DNA of 64,000 nt, from positions 7,833,352-7,897,351 of the forward strand of contig MU053934.1 of the NCBI GenBank assembly GCA_013239625.1, in the 5' to 3' direction. Position numbers and translations under genes: made by a program. Below are positions 13,600 to 26,289 of this stretch, one piece after another. The notes beneath the pieces are model-generated. The model worked only from the letters and a program-made list of their open reading frames with translations. It made no database searches and was not told the origin of the DNA. Source of the stretch: Lama guanicoe. Its lineage: Eukaryota. Positions within the stretch are counted from its first letter, which is position 1; each line of letters opens with the position of its first letter.

Positions 13600-14600
13600 C
13601 CCAGGGCCGCTCCTCAGGTGAGGGGATGTGAGCAGCACGGAATGCGGGGTGGGCCGCCAGGAGCAGAGCTGAGGAGGTCTGGAGCGGGTTAAGCCAGAGC
13701 TGACCCTCCTCCCCAGGAAACCACACAGCCCGGGGGCCCCCAGAGGACTGTCCTAATCACTTTCCCCTGCACCCCAAGAGCACAGCCGTACACGATCCCC
13801 GCAGAGGACACCAGTGAAGGGAGAAGGGCCTGCTCCCTCACCTCGGCCCTCATCATCGCCCCGAGCTGGGGAGGAAGGAAGCCGAGCCGGGGAAAGAAGA
13901 GCCAGGGAGCACCCCCACCACCACTCCCGCGGCCCCTGGAGCTGGAAGGAGGGCGGAGCCGGGCGCCCAGCTCATCCGAGCTCCGGGTTAGCTCTGGACC
14001 AGTCTATGCTGGACTCGTTGATACCTGAGTGTAACCAGAGAGCCAGGGGATGGGCCTTAGGCAGCCTCCAGGGACGAAGAAGGCGGACTGGCCAGCGTCC
14101 GCCGGAGGCAAAGCCTCCAGGTGCCTCGCGTGTGCGCGCCGAGCCAGCAGGCGGGGCAGCGCCGCTCCACGGGCCTCTGTCTGAGGCTCTCTTCCCAGCA
14201 CCTGGAGCTCCAGGAAGGAAAACTGTGAACCACTGACGCTTTAAAGGAGGTGAGAAAGGCCTAACATACCCTCCCTGAAGCCCAGAGCTCCCACTCGGGC
14301 TGCAGAATAGGCCCCAGGTCTGCGGTGGCCCTTCCCGGGGCGGGAGGAGGCGAGGGTGCCCGCGCGGTACCGTCAACCTCCTTCCGCGCCACTCCCCGTG
14401 CCTCCTGTTTGACTGCTTTCTGCTCGGTTCCTCACCCGGAGCCACCTCCGTCGCCTGGTTTCTAGCAGAAGGTGAGGGAGGGAAATGGCCTCCCACCCGC
14501 TTCCCCCGGATGGAGACGCTGCGAGAGGGGGCCTGGGGCCACCCCCTGTCTTGTTTCTGCAGCAAAATGCGGGGCTCAGCCTGGCACCTCTCCGTCACCA
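13600..14600. promoter_or_regulatory. Intragenic CpG island
   Basis: GC-rich and CpG-dense (e.g. cctcgcgtgtgcgcgccgag, cccgcgcggtaccg), with GC boxes such as GGGGCGGG at 14337-14344; no repeat recognised. Confidence 0.7.
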
Positions 14601-16269
14601 CAACGAGACTCGTTTGGAATTCAAGGAGGACATGTTTTAAATGAAGCCAAGAAAAAGGATTTCTCTTAACAATAAACACATCAATGCTCATTTTCCTTAT
14701 TATTCTACTTTTGGCTATTTCGTATAAAATCTTTAATTAAAGTTTTTCTTTGAAATTGTCATTATCAACCCAGAAGAAAGAAAGGGGGGGAGAAAAGAAC
14801 AACACAGCTGTGCAGATATGAAGCGCCATTCAGGACTAAATGAACTGGAACGAAATAAGTAGCTTGACTGTTATGTTCTCCGTCTTGGCTCTGTATTCTC
14901 AGTAGCACAGTCTAACTTGTCACTTTATATCGATTCCATCTGTTTACACTCTGCAGAGTATTGGCTTCCTACCGTGAACATTTCCTATTTACCAGCTGGT
15001 AGAGATGAGCCAAACCAGATAGGAAAAAATTAGACTGCATTCAGAACCTCATCAACACAAACTTTCAGTGTGGGGACATGTGGGAGGGGCGGCGGCCAGG
15101 CATGGCTCACCTTTAACAAAGGCTGACTTTGCTCTCCTCCACAGCCGAGGACTAGGCACTTACTTGTTGAACCGATGCAAACCCCACCTTTACCAAAACC
15201 TGAACAAGCTCAAGACATCTCAGTGAGACCCATGGAAACAGGGAAAAGGGAGCTGACTTAAAAAAAAAAAAAAAGAGCTAAAGCAATCTCAAAGTCATGG
15301 TTGCTATGACAGAGCGAAAATCCAAAAATCTGATTTTGAGTCTCCTTGCAGCCATGGTGAAAAGGGAAACTTGCTGTTATCTATACTACAGACCATGTAA
15401 GCCTTCCTCTACATTTGATTTTCATTTTCAAAATGCTCCCTGCAACATCTAATAAGACATCCTAACTATTCATTGAACTTCTGACACAACTATGAAAAGA
15501 AGCCCCAAGTCTAAATACCTAGGGCGCCAACTATAAAAGAAATATTTCCCGTCTCTCCTTCTGTCTAACCCAGCCCACACTCATAGGATGGGAGCCCCAC
15601 TCCAAACACTATAGGCCAAGAATACTGAGGCCACTGTCACCCTGACCCTAGACCACTCACAGGACAGTGCGGCACACCAGGAGGGGCAAGCCGACCCCGT
15701 CTCAGGAACTCCACGGCATCCCCTAAACTGCAGAGGTGCTCAACGAATGTAGATGATGATGTGAGAGCGACTGATTACTTCCAAGGTACCTGATGACAGG
15801 TACCCCGCCTCCTGCGGCTCTCCCATCAAATGCAGCCATTCCGCTGCTGACCTCATCCCCTAAATACTGCCTCCCCCATGCCATCGCCCCGTCAGACACA
15901 TTCAGTGAACCGCCGCCACCACTACCCCCAGCCCTGTATTTTAGGGTTAACACCTAACCTTCAAAACTTCCATTTTTTTCTCCAGCCTACATTTCAAGAT
16001 TGATCTGTCCCATCTTGCCTTGAGAAACATAACTCCCCACAGAATCGTCACAGAGCTTGTCTCCTCACTGTCCCCACCTCCGCATCCTCTTCACACACCC
16101 GACTACAATCCCGAAACCTACCCCACATCTCACCCTCTAGCCCAACCTCAGCACGCACTGCAGTCCCATCCATGGTCCAACTCAAGCTCCAATTTCACCT
16201 TCCTCGTGAACGTCTTCCTGGCTATTCCAACTACTGTGAACGTCTCCTGCAGAACTTTATTTTCTCATC

Positions 16270-17000
16270 TTGCAAGTATTTCGTGAGCTCAGATCAGGTG
16301 TCAGGATCTGATCAAGGCACTAAAGTTACAACAGTGAGCAAGACAGAGAAGGTGCCCACTCTCAGGGAACATACTTCCTCGTGATCAACAAGAAAGCAAA
16401 CAAAACCTCAGAATGTCTGAAGTGTTAAGGAAAATGGGAAATTTTAGATAGTGTGGTCCAAAGGACCTCCGGGGGGAGCCCTCTCAGGCTGTGTGCCAGA
16501 AGCCAAGGTGTTTGTCCAGCATTTACTCAGTGGGCAACCAAAAGCCCTGGGGTATCTTAACCAAAGGGGTCTGATGAGAACTCAAAACTCATGTTTTGAA
16601 CAGGTAGCTCTGGGCGTCGTGTGAAAGAGAGCTTGAAAGGGGCAAGAGTGGGAACAGGAAAAGCAGCCCAGGCTGGAGACAGTGGTGGCGGTGGGGATGG
16701 AGAGAGGCGGATGGGTTCAGGGTATGCAGCAGACAGGACTTCCTGAGGATCCGAATGTGGGAGAGGGGCCAGTAAGGGAAAGACAGGAACCAGGGCTAAT
16801 CACAGACTTCTGCTGGAATGACTCAGTGAACGGTAGAACCACGCACTAAAACGCAAGGAGAGCAGAGAAGGAAGGCTTCCTGGGGTGGGGCGAGGAGGAC
16901 GGTCAGCTGCTATGGTCTGGTCTGGGGACAGTGGTGAGTCCTGAGCCCCAGATGGAGATAGAAACGTGGGGACCATCAGCACACAGCCGTCTTTGTAGCT
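16270..17000 (-). mobile_element. L2 fragment
   Basis: Antisense L2 3' phrasing (acagtgagcaagacagagaaggtgccc...ggggatggagagagg...); approximate. Confidence 0.55.
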
Positions 17001-19089
17001 ATAAATCATAAATGACCACAGAGTATCATTTAAGTTTCCACATAGTCACTCTTGTCTTCTCTCCTCCAAATGCAGATTCCTAATTTTTGGAGTAACTTCT
17101 GTCGATCCTGAAGTATGGCAAGTTCATTTTCTATTTATTCCCACAAAGAATCTCAACGATATTGGAAAAATCTTGCAGTACTGCTTCCCCATCTCACAGC
17201 TGAGGAAGCAGTTTCCGGGGAGACTAGCCTGCTCAGGGCCCCTCGGACCGTGAGTGTCGGGACCCAGACACACTCCCAGCCGGGCGAGCCCAGGGCTGCA
17301 GCCTGCCCCACCAGCGCCACGCTGTTTCAGACCCTTCTCCCTGCCACCTCGTTGGTACTACTGACTTGCCACATGCAAGATTTTTTTTTAAGATTAAACT
17401 CAGTCTGAAATAATACAAATTCTGAAATAACAGAATCTTTGCTCTAGCTTCCTGCTATAGCCTTTAGTAAATTAATAATAGCGCCACCAAAAATAGGTCC
17501 TGGGGTAGAAGCATCTTAAATATCATTTTTTTTTATAAAATGGCAGCTGATTGTTTTGTTATTTGAAATTCTCTAGATCAAAATGTAAGCACTACTCTTC
17601 ATTCAGTTGCACAGAGACACACGAAGAAGAGCTGTGACATTATTAATCACTATATTCAGTTATGATTGATAGACTTTCTGCGGGGAGGAAAAAGTGCCTC
17701 GGATACAATCTGTCCCAACAGCTCTGCGATATGCTAATATTTCCTTCTGATGAAAGAGGAGATGTGTTCAAATACCTGCGATAATAGGCAATTAATACCA
17801 AGTGCACCAGAGGAGAGCTGATAAAAGTGGGATTTGGAGAGTACTACGAATTAACCAAAAGCTTGTGTGTTTTAGTAAATGGCCTCATGTTGAGTTTGAC
17901 ACAGTCTTTTTATTAGGCAAACAGACTGTATTTGATACATCCGTTCACGCTAATGTGGTGTTCTGATGCTAAGGTGTGTTTATGAAACAACCGTTTCTTT
18001 ATTCCTCAAGCAATTATTTTTTAAATGTCTTTTTTAGGAAAACTCACCTATTGAAGAAAATGAATCTACCCATCACTTTTGTCTCTTTTTCATGAAGATA
18101 TGACAGACCAAGCAAGCAGCTTAGTACCTCTGATTATTTACTAATTGCTTCTGAAATGACGAAGGCTGCATCTATTCTACTCCGAGGAACCAGGGTAATC
18201 CCATAAAAGCTGTGTCAGATCACTCAGTGCCCAACAGACATGCTAGTCATGGCTGACTGGGTAGACCAGATGTTCTGACATCACGGCGCCCGGGCTTGGG
18301 AGAGCATCCCTGATTTGGGTGGTGACATGGTACAAGAGCTAACAGCCTGGGGCTCTGGGTGGTGTTTGTTTAGGGTTTGTTTTTTCTTTTAATGTCTTTA
18401 ACTGAATTACACATTCTTGAATTCTAGTCTTCAATTAAGAACAGTTTGTTTTGCATGTAGGGGGAGACGAGTCATGACATTTCTAAACCCGCACTGGGTT
18501 CTGTGTCTCGGCGATTCCCCGGACGTGGCTTACAGTGAACATTCACCGCACCCCACCCAAACCTTGAGAAGCAAGATGAGGTTTTCCTTTGTCATACTCT
18601 TCTTTTACTTCTGCCTTAGCCTCATGTGAGGAGTTGACAAAAGATAAAACAGAGTAAAAGACCAAAACTTGTTTAACTTGGAAACACACTGAAGCTTTGC
18701 TTTAGTCCTTTTTTCCTGGCAGATTCCCCACCTGAAGAATGTGAGGAACCTAACTGTCGGGCCTCAGACGCTGCCATGGCTCCAGGATGGGGACTGGACC
18801 CTGCAGGGCAGGCAGGGAGCATAAGCGACTGAGGAGTTGGGAACGAGTGTAAGAGGGCAGGATGCCACAGACAGAAGAGGAAAGAAGATCCCCAAGTGCC
18901 CATTTGAAGGCGATGCTACAGGGACAAGATGACTCTGGTTGGAATGCAACCTCCGTTCATGGTACAGTGACGGTGACTACGGAGATGTCTCTGTGATGGC
19001 CAGGGTCTACCTCCAGGCAGAACAAGAAGTCACATTTGCTGAATGCAAAGTAAGCATCAATGCCCTTCCTAAAGAGGCCCTCTGAGAGG

Positions 19090-19340
19090 CAGGGTGGCCT
19101 AGAAGTTAAGAGCTAGGACCCTGGAGCCAAGCTGCCAAGGCAGGAGTTGCAGCTTCTCTGCCCACCAGCTGTGCACACTTGGCCCAACTGCTTAGCCTCT
19201 GTCCTGGTTTCCCTTCCCATCAGGTGGGTAACAGTGGCACCTGCCTTGGGGGCTCTCCTGGAAATTAAATACTTCAATGCAGTAAAGCACTTAGACTAGC
19301 TCCCAGTAAGTGCTCACTCCAGGCTAACTATTATTATCAG
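19090..19340 (+). mobile_element. MIR SINE
   Basis: gttaagagc..ctggagcca...aaagcacttag...agtaagtgctca. Confidence 0.7.
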
Positions 19341-19519
19341 AGTTGGCAAAATCCAAAAATTTACATCAGTGTTCAATGGGTGAAGGCCCAGCCGGCCGAG
19401 GGGGTCCTTTTGCGGGAGGGCTGAAGCAGACATTAGGTCGCTTTCTCCAAATCCATTCACCTCTGCCCCCTTCTCCTTTCTGACAATACCCTCCCTCCAT
19501 TGGTCAATTTGTTCAGATA

Positions 19520-19538
19520 TCTACCCTCTGGTGGCCAC
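19520..19538 (-). promoter_or_regulatory. CTCF motif
   Basis: Minus strand TGGCCACCAGAGGGTAG, a close match to the CTCF core CCASYAGRKGGCR. Confidence 0.55.
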
Positions 19539-22500
19539 ATGCTGCAGGGGAGGGAGCCCAGCCACCACACCAGGGAGTAATCAGGCCTGGTCCAGGCCAC
19601 TGGTTTGGATGGGGACATGACCCTGGGCTGTGAGTCCATGGGGAGAAGTTTTCCCCTGTTAATTATAATGAGTCACACAGGAAGAAACAGCACGCTGGGA
19701 AAATGTGACGTCACAATATCTGGTGTCAAGCCTGGAAGGGCGGCCCCTCCTGGTGACGGGAGGAGTCATGAGTTAGCCAAGCCTGGACCTGTGCTCCCCT
19801 CCTGACCTCTTAGAAGAGATGCGAATTCCTTGTTGTCCCAGCCAGTTCACAGTTTTCTGTTTCTCGTGGGGTAGGACAACCTACCACCTTGGTGGCTAAG
19901 GGGGTACCACTACCGCAGGAAATTTTCAGGAGTGCCGACAGAGAGAACCAGCCTCACTGACAGGAAGGGACTAATACTTATTGAGCACTGACTTTATGCA
20001 ATGGCATCACTTACGTTATTCTCATTCACTCTCGTAACCACCCTGAGACGTTAAGTGCTGCCTCTGCTTCAGAGCTGGGAACGCAGCGCAGTGAGAGTCC
20101 GGCCCAAGGCCCCATGGGAGGCTGCAGAGGCGGGATTCTGGGCCAGACATGCCCGATTCCCACTAACTCCCTCTGTCTCCCTGGAGACTACGAGGGCAAG
20201 GAATCTGAAGACCAGAGGACTTGGAGCGGTCATGGACATGCACCATCACAGGCACAGAGTGGGAGCCAGAGAGGCCAGCCAGACTCATGACCCAAGGAAA
20301 AGCGAAGCCAAGCTGGGGAAGGCAAGTGGGGCGTGGGAGACTCAAAGCACCTGCTCCCTGGGACCCGAGTGGAGACTAAATGAGGAAATGGGGCAAGCTG
20401 GAGCCCAAAGATGACACCCTGAGGACCACCTGGGTGCACAGAGCTTCCTCTTCCCTCAGATACAGGGCCCCATGGATCAGACAGCCACCTCTTCACATGA
20501 AGCCACGGATCCCCATCACCAAAGGACAGAGAGACGGGACCTGGGGATTGTCCAACCCGCCCTCCTCTGATGGAGAAAAGGAGACTCGGAGAGCCTGGGG
20601 TGTGCGGGTTTAAGTGCACATGAATTAGGGAGAGGCTGAGGACCCAGCCACCAGACCAAGCTCACTGCAGAAGAAAACAGTTAGGAAACACAAGCCCTGG
20701 GGTTTGCTCAGTTTGGGGTGCCAACTACTAACTATTTAGGTTTAGGAAGGCTAGACCACACACATTTAGTAAAGTCTGGCTCCCAAAATTCAGAGAGACA
20801 TTTGCATGCATTCTTGGCTCCAATCAGCCATGTGGACTTATATTTAAAACAAAATAATTAGCATCTTTCATTTCCAAACTGTGTAGATCACTCAGCAATG
20901 ACAACGTATGTCTGAAGTGAGCCTTCTTTTAGTAACCGCTAGGTGTTCCTCTCAGTCTGCAGTGCTCGACTGTAGGCCACTTGCAGGACCAGAGTAGTGG
21001 ACGGAATCATGCTCCTGCCCTGCCAGCAGCTGATGAGTGTGTCTGGTTTGCTCTGCTTCTCTGGGGGCGGTGGGTGGGAAGGGATGGCCTTCATTTGCGT
21101 TGCTACCTATAAGTCAAAGGAAGCTGTAGTAATAACCGTAATAATGGCCGCTGGCCTCCTCTAAGTGTTCCCGGTGCTTCATGCGGGGTATTTTTAAGCC
21201 GCACAACAGCACTTCGAGATGGGTGTTCTCACCCTCACCGACAGATGAAGAGGCCCCATGACCAGGAGCTGCCCAAGCCACCCGGCTGGTAAATGACAGA
21301 GCCCGTCCCACGCCACGTGCCTGCCCAGGGCCAGGGCCGCAGGGGGAACTTGTGCTCCTCGGCCTCTCCATGTCACCCTTCTGTTCTCACCGGACCTCGC
21401 CCGAAAGCTGCACTAACTTAAACTCACTCTTAGTGGAAGGGCTTCTGCGGGAAGGAGGCTGGGATAAAGGGAGGCCTGAGATGACAGGGTGGCCGGCGGT
21501 GGCGCGCCCCTGATCCTAAGCCTTATTTTCAGTAATTTACAAGCCGGGCCTGCGTCCACACCCCTTGACTCGAGCTGTAATGTTGCGTCATTGATCTGTA
21601 ACAGTATTTACGTGGCTGGGATGGTCATCATTCCTAGGGGAATCTCATGATTAACAGAGCTTAGGAGGAGACAAACTAAGGATGTATACCACACATAATA
21701 GCAATCCTATAACGTATTTCTTACAGAATAACAGGTGGACCACAGTGGAAGAAGCAAATAACTATAGCAGGGTTCCTACTAATATGAACTATAGCGAGAC
21801 TAGGTTTTTAGGAGCACATAATGCGAAAAGAATGATCACACTAGGATGAATTTTCTGGTGTTAATGGCACCAGCCAGGGAAATTTAGACGAACATTCTGT
21901 GGGTTTCTGGCTATTTTTGATTTTGAAATGTATGAAAAACTCAGAAGAGTTCAGAAAGGAAAGAAAATTCATCACATTGCAAACCGACATATTGAATCAA
22001 GTAAATTAAACCATGACTCTCAAACTGCTCGTGTAATTGACAGGCTCAAATGCATTTTAAAAAAGGGTCCGATTCCAAGCCCCCAAAGCCAGGAACATCT
22101 CTTCCCTCCTTAGCTGTGCAGTGTGACAGCTGACGGTAATTGGCAGACAGGACCGGAGCTCTATGCCCCTTTCTAAACACACGTCGTAGCTTTTGTGGCT
22201 AAATTACTCGATACTTAAGTATCTATCACTCCGAGCTTTACTGGTTATTTTTACCCTGCTGCTTGTGATTGGTGTTTACTGCTGAAAAGCAGTCGTTTTC
22301 TCTTCCTAAACAAAACCCTGCTTCAATCGTAGACAAAAACAGAAAGGGCAGCCCTACTAATAATGATCTAAAGTTAATACAAAAGGAATTAACATTCCAG
22401 CACTTCTGCTGGTGCCATGCATCAAGAGATGCCATCCGAGGCCGGTGGAGCGGTCTGCACACAGGCTTTCACGGGACATCTATTCAGTTGGGCGACTGAC

Positions 22501-22606
22501 AAGAGGACGCGGGTGAGCAGACGCAGCTCGCTTCACATCACCGCCCTCTGCTAGCGACTACTTTTGACGGTGGGTGGGGGAAAGAACTTCGAAAGATCTC
22601 TGTTAC

Positions 22607-22673
22607 CTTTTCTCCCACGTGGACTTCAAGTTCTTTTAATGTCCGACAGCAATTGGTTTCATCCTCACCTCCC
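22607..22673 (-). CDS. EFCAB6: EFCAB6 coding exon (67 nt): (R)GGEDETNCCRTLKELEVHVGEK
   Basis: Acceptor ccttatctttaag| and donor AAG|gtaaca; phase 2 in, phase 0 out; matches recalled human GGGNEMNCCRTLRELEIQVGEK. Confidence 0.94.
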
Positions 22674-23183
22674 CTTAAAGATAAGGAGGAAACACTGTTT
22701 GTTAAAATGTTGTAACCAAATAAATGTTTACAGAGGACATGCAGAGACCAAAATTATACGGATTCCTAAATTATAGATTTTTAAATGCAAGATATTCCTT
22801 CTGCACAACCAGCTGCCAGAAGCGTGAACTTGGGCCAGTTACTTGGCACCTGCACGCCTCGGTCCCCTCACCTGACTCCTCCTAGGGTAGGGTGGGAGTC
22901 TCGTGTGACCCTCACAGCACCTCCATGGGCTTAGGCGCCATCCTCACCCCACTTTACAGAGGAGACTGGGGAAGCCCAAGGTCACTGTGCAGAAGTGGCG
23001 GCGCCAGGTTCAGACCCAGGTGCTCTGGCTTCGCAGCCCACCCCCAGCCCTCTGCCGCTGCAGTGTTCTGCCCCCTGGGGGCCCCCCGTTCACTCCACGG
23101 GGCTCTCGTACCCACACCATAAAGGACTTAGGATGGGTGCACATCTGTACCACCCCTTGGCTCTGCCTGCTTTTCTTAGCCAC

Positions 23184-23349
23184 TTTTTTTCCCTTTTGTT
23201 TTTTTATTTTTGGTTTTTGGTTTTTGGTGGGGAGCAGGGGAAGTAGTTAGGTTTATTTGTTTATTTATGTTATTGGAAGTACTGGGGATTGAACCCAAGA
23301 TCTGTGCATGCTCGGCACGCACTCTACCACTGAGCTATACCCTCCCCCC
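23184..23349 (-). mobile_element. tRNA-derived SINE (Vic-1-like, camelid type)
   Basis: Minus strand ggggggagggtatagctcagtggtagagtgcgtgccgagcatgcacagatcttgggttcaatccccagtac with Pol III A/B boxes and an A-rich tail. Confidence 0.88.
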
Positions 23350-23469
23350 TTTCCATCTGCTTTTATTAACTATTTTTGATTTTGTATTATCTGTGTATCT
23401 ATTAACGGCTTCGAAGCCCCTCTTTGGAACAAACTGTAGGGCTAGGGTCAGGGTAGAGAGTGACAGAGG

Positions 23470-24010
23470 ACACTTTACAGTATTCATCCAGCACCTCCTA
23501 CACCAGGTTGAGCAGGACACCGTTCCCAACCTTGAAAAAGCTTAATGTTAGTGACAGTGACAGACAGGAAACAAGCAATCAAATAAGTAATGTGAGCTGA
23601 AATAATAATGATTACTGTGAGGACAATAAAGGCAGGCAGGGATGGACCAGAGACTGGGGGAGAGGGGCCGACGCTTCTGGAGGGGCAGGCAACAGTCATG
23701 TGAACAGAGACCCCCCAAGCCGAGGAGCCAGGAGCCATCAGGAGCCATCAGGAGCCATATACTCGGAGGAAAAGCTCTCCAGGCAAAGTGAAGGGAACAC
23801 GCAGCAGCATGAAGCCCAGAGAGGGCAGGAGCCTGGCACACCCCAGGGCTGCTACTGCAGGGCCGAGGGGACCAGGGCCCTCCAAGCAGGGCCAAGGAAT
23901 GTGGGGTGAGTTCAGAGATGGAGGCAGACTTAGCCCCGTGGTGCTGGGGGCCGTGATAAGGAAACTGGACTTCATGCTGGGGTAGGGGAACCGTTAGAGC
24001 GCTTCACACA
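23470..24010 (-). mobile_element. L2 3' fragment
   Basis: tattcatccagcacctcctacaccagg...aagggaacacgcagcagcatgaagcccagag...; approximate. Confidence 0.55.
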
Positions 24011-24409
24011 GACACTAACTTCATTTCACACAGGAGGAAACTGAGGCTCAGAGAGGTTAAGTGCCCCAGCCGAGTTAAAGATGAAACCAGGAATCCAGCC
24101 TTAGGATCCTATGTTAAATGTAATGTATTTAATATTATTTTAATTATATATTGAATAGATACAAAACACTATTTGCAACATATGTTTAAGGAATGAAAGT
24201 CAGACATGCCTGTGTACCTACCATCCGCTGGGGAAGTGGAGACGTCCCTCCCTGCCCGGGAGGCCAGGAGGCCACCCTTCCAAGCCCAGCCTCCTGGCTC
24301 CCTCCTCCGCACTCGGCCAGGGCTTCCTCTGGAAAGTCTGCACCCCAACCTCCATCTCAGTGTCTGCTTCGGGGGAGCTCCGGCTATCGCCTGATGTTAA
24401 CTTGGTGAC

Positions 24410-25920
24410 ACCAGCTTTCTCTAGATGAGTATTTATTTGAATGGTATGTCTTCTTAAATCCTTTCAAGTTTAACCTTTCTATAAACTTAACATTTAGGTT
24501 TTTCTTTTAGTGTATTTTACTGTTGGCTAGCTTTGTCTTTTAAGAGGTTTCTTTATTCTATTGACTGATTTGTTCCAGATTTCTACCTGTCCTCTGCTGC
24601 TTCTTGCCTTCTTTTGGGTTGATTCCATCTTTGTCATTCCATTTTTGTACCTCTGTACGTCTGGGAGTTATACACTCATTTTTAAGCTTGCAGTAATTGC
24701 TCTGGACATTACAACCAGCATACTTTTCAGTCTCAAGTTAATCCAAACTTTCATCTTCCTACTGGACAGTGTAACAACTCTAGATTTTTAACTCCAGTCC
24801 CTCCTCTCAATTTATATATTACTACTATCATGTGCTCTAATTCTATTTTTGGATTCCAGAAGCCATCATTATTTCCTACAGTCACGAGTGTTCCCTGTGG
24901 TCAGCAGGGATTCACATTAACTACACAGCTTCACTTGGAATTCCTTCCTGCATTATCTCAAACCTGCCATCTGGGATCATTTTCCTTCTACCTAAAGTAC
25001 ATGTTTAGAATTAGTTGTCCTGGGTTTGGGGGCCAAATCCACTTTTGTTTCAATAAATGTCTTTATTTCAGTATTAACAATATTGAAAGATATTTTCTGC
25101 AGGTATACGATTCTAGGATTGCAGTGATTTTTCTTCCAGCACATCGTAGTCATTAATCCGCCCTCACCTGGCTTCCAGCGTGACTACTCAGAAGTCACTT
25201 CTGTGCAGATGTTGCCCTTTGGCGGCTTTTAAGATCTCTTGGCCTCTTGGTCTCTGGTTCTGCCCTCACCTCTGTTTTTAATCTTGTTTGAGATTTGACT
25301 TCTTGAATCCATGGAATAGTACCTTTCTTCAGTTCTGGAAAATCCTCAGCCACTGTTCCTCTGGCTCTTACCCCACAGCATCCCTCATTGCTCCAGAGCT
25401 TACAGACCTTACAGGGCTTCGAGGCTCCATCACACCGTCTGTCTGTGTGCTGCATCCTGCCTAATGTTTCCTGCCTGATCTTCGAGTTCACTCATTCCTT
25501 TAGCTATGTCTAATCTGTTTATTCAATTCATTGAGTTTTAAATTGTTATTATGAAGTATAACCTCTATGCAGAAAAGTACATACAGCACATATGCAGAGT
25601 TTAATTACAATTAAGGCAAACACCTGTTTAGCAATTGCTCAAAGCAAGGCATAAAGCCAAACACAAAGAGCCCCGCATCTGCCCTCCTCCAATCCTTCCT
25701 CTCCTCCTGGTAGTAACCTCTATCCTAGCCCTTCTGATAGCATTTACTTTTATTTTGTTACAATTTTACCACCAAGATATGTATCCCTAAACAATACAGT
25801 TCAGTGGGTCTGTTTTTGAACTTCACATATGAACAGAAGCATTCGTTTGTCTCTTCCTCTTTCACTCAATATTGCATCCGTGTCAGGTTGCTGCCTGTAG
25901 ACGTCATTTGTTAGTTGTCA
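24410..25920 (-). mobile_element. Old L1/HAL1 fragments (ORF1-like region plus L1ME-like 3' end)
   Basis: Antisense ORF1 phrasing (aaagatattttctgcaggtatacgattctagg..., ttctggaaaatcctcagcca...). Confidence 0.6.
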
Positions 25921-26289
25921 TCGCTGTTTTTCCATCCACTTATTCAATAAATATATATTAAGCACCAACTATGTGCCAAATGGTGTCCTAGGGGTTTGGC
26001 ATTCATCAATAAATGAAACTGATCAAGTTGCCTGCCTTCATGGCGCTCACATTCTAGATTAAGAAAATCACACTTCTGTGTTAACCTCATGGGTGTGAGC
26101 AGAGTGACCTACAGCCTTATCCGGGGAGAAGCACTGCAGATGGTGGCAACCACCTGTCAAAGGCCCTAAGACAGGAGCAACAGAAGGCCATTGGCTTTGG
26201 GACACAGTGAGCAAAGAGGAAAGTAGCAGTGCGCCAGTCGGGGGGTGGGGACAGCCAGGTCAGAGGGCCCTGCAGACCCCAGGAGGATC

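Noticed and set aside
13814..14691. 140-aa and 239-aa ORFs in the CpG island
   Set aside because: Stop-poor GC-rich sequence; no domain or splice support.
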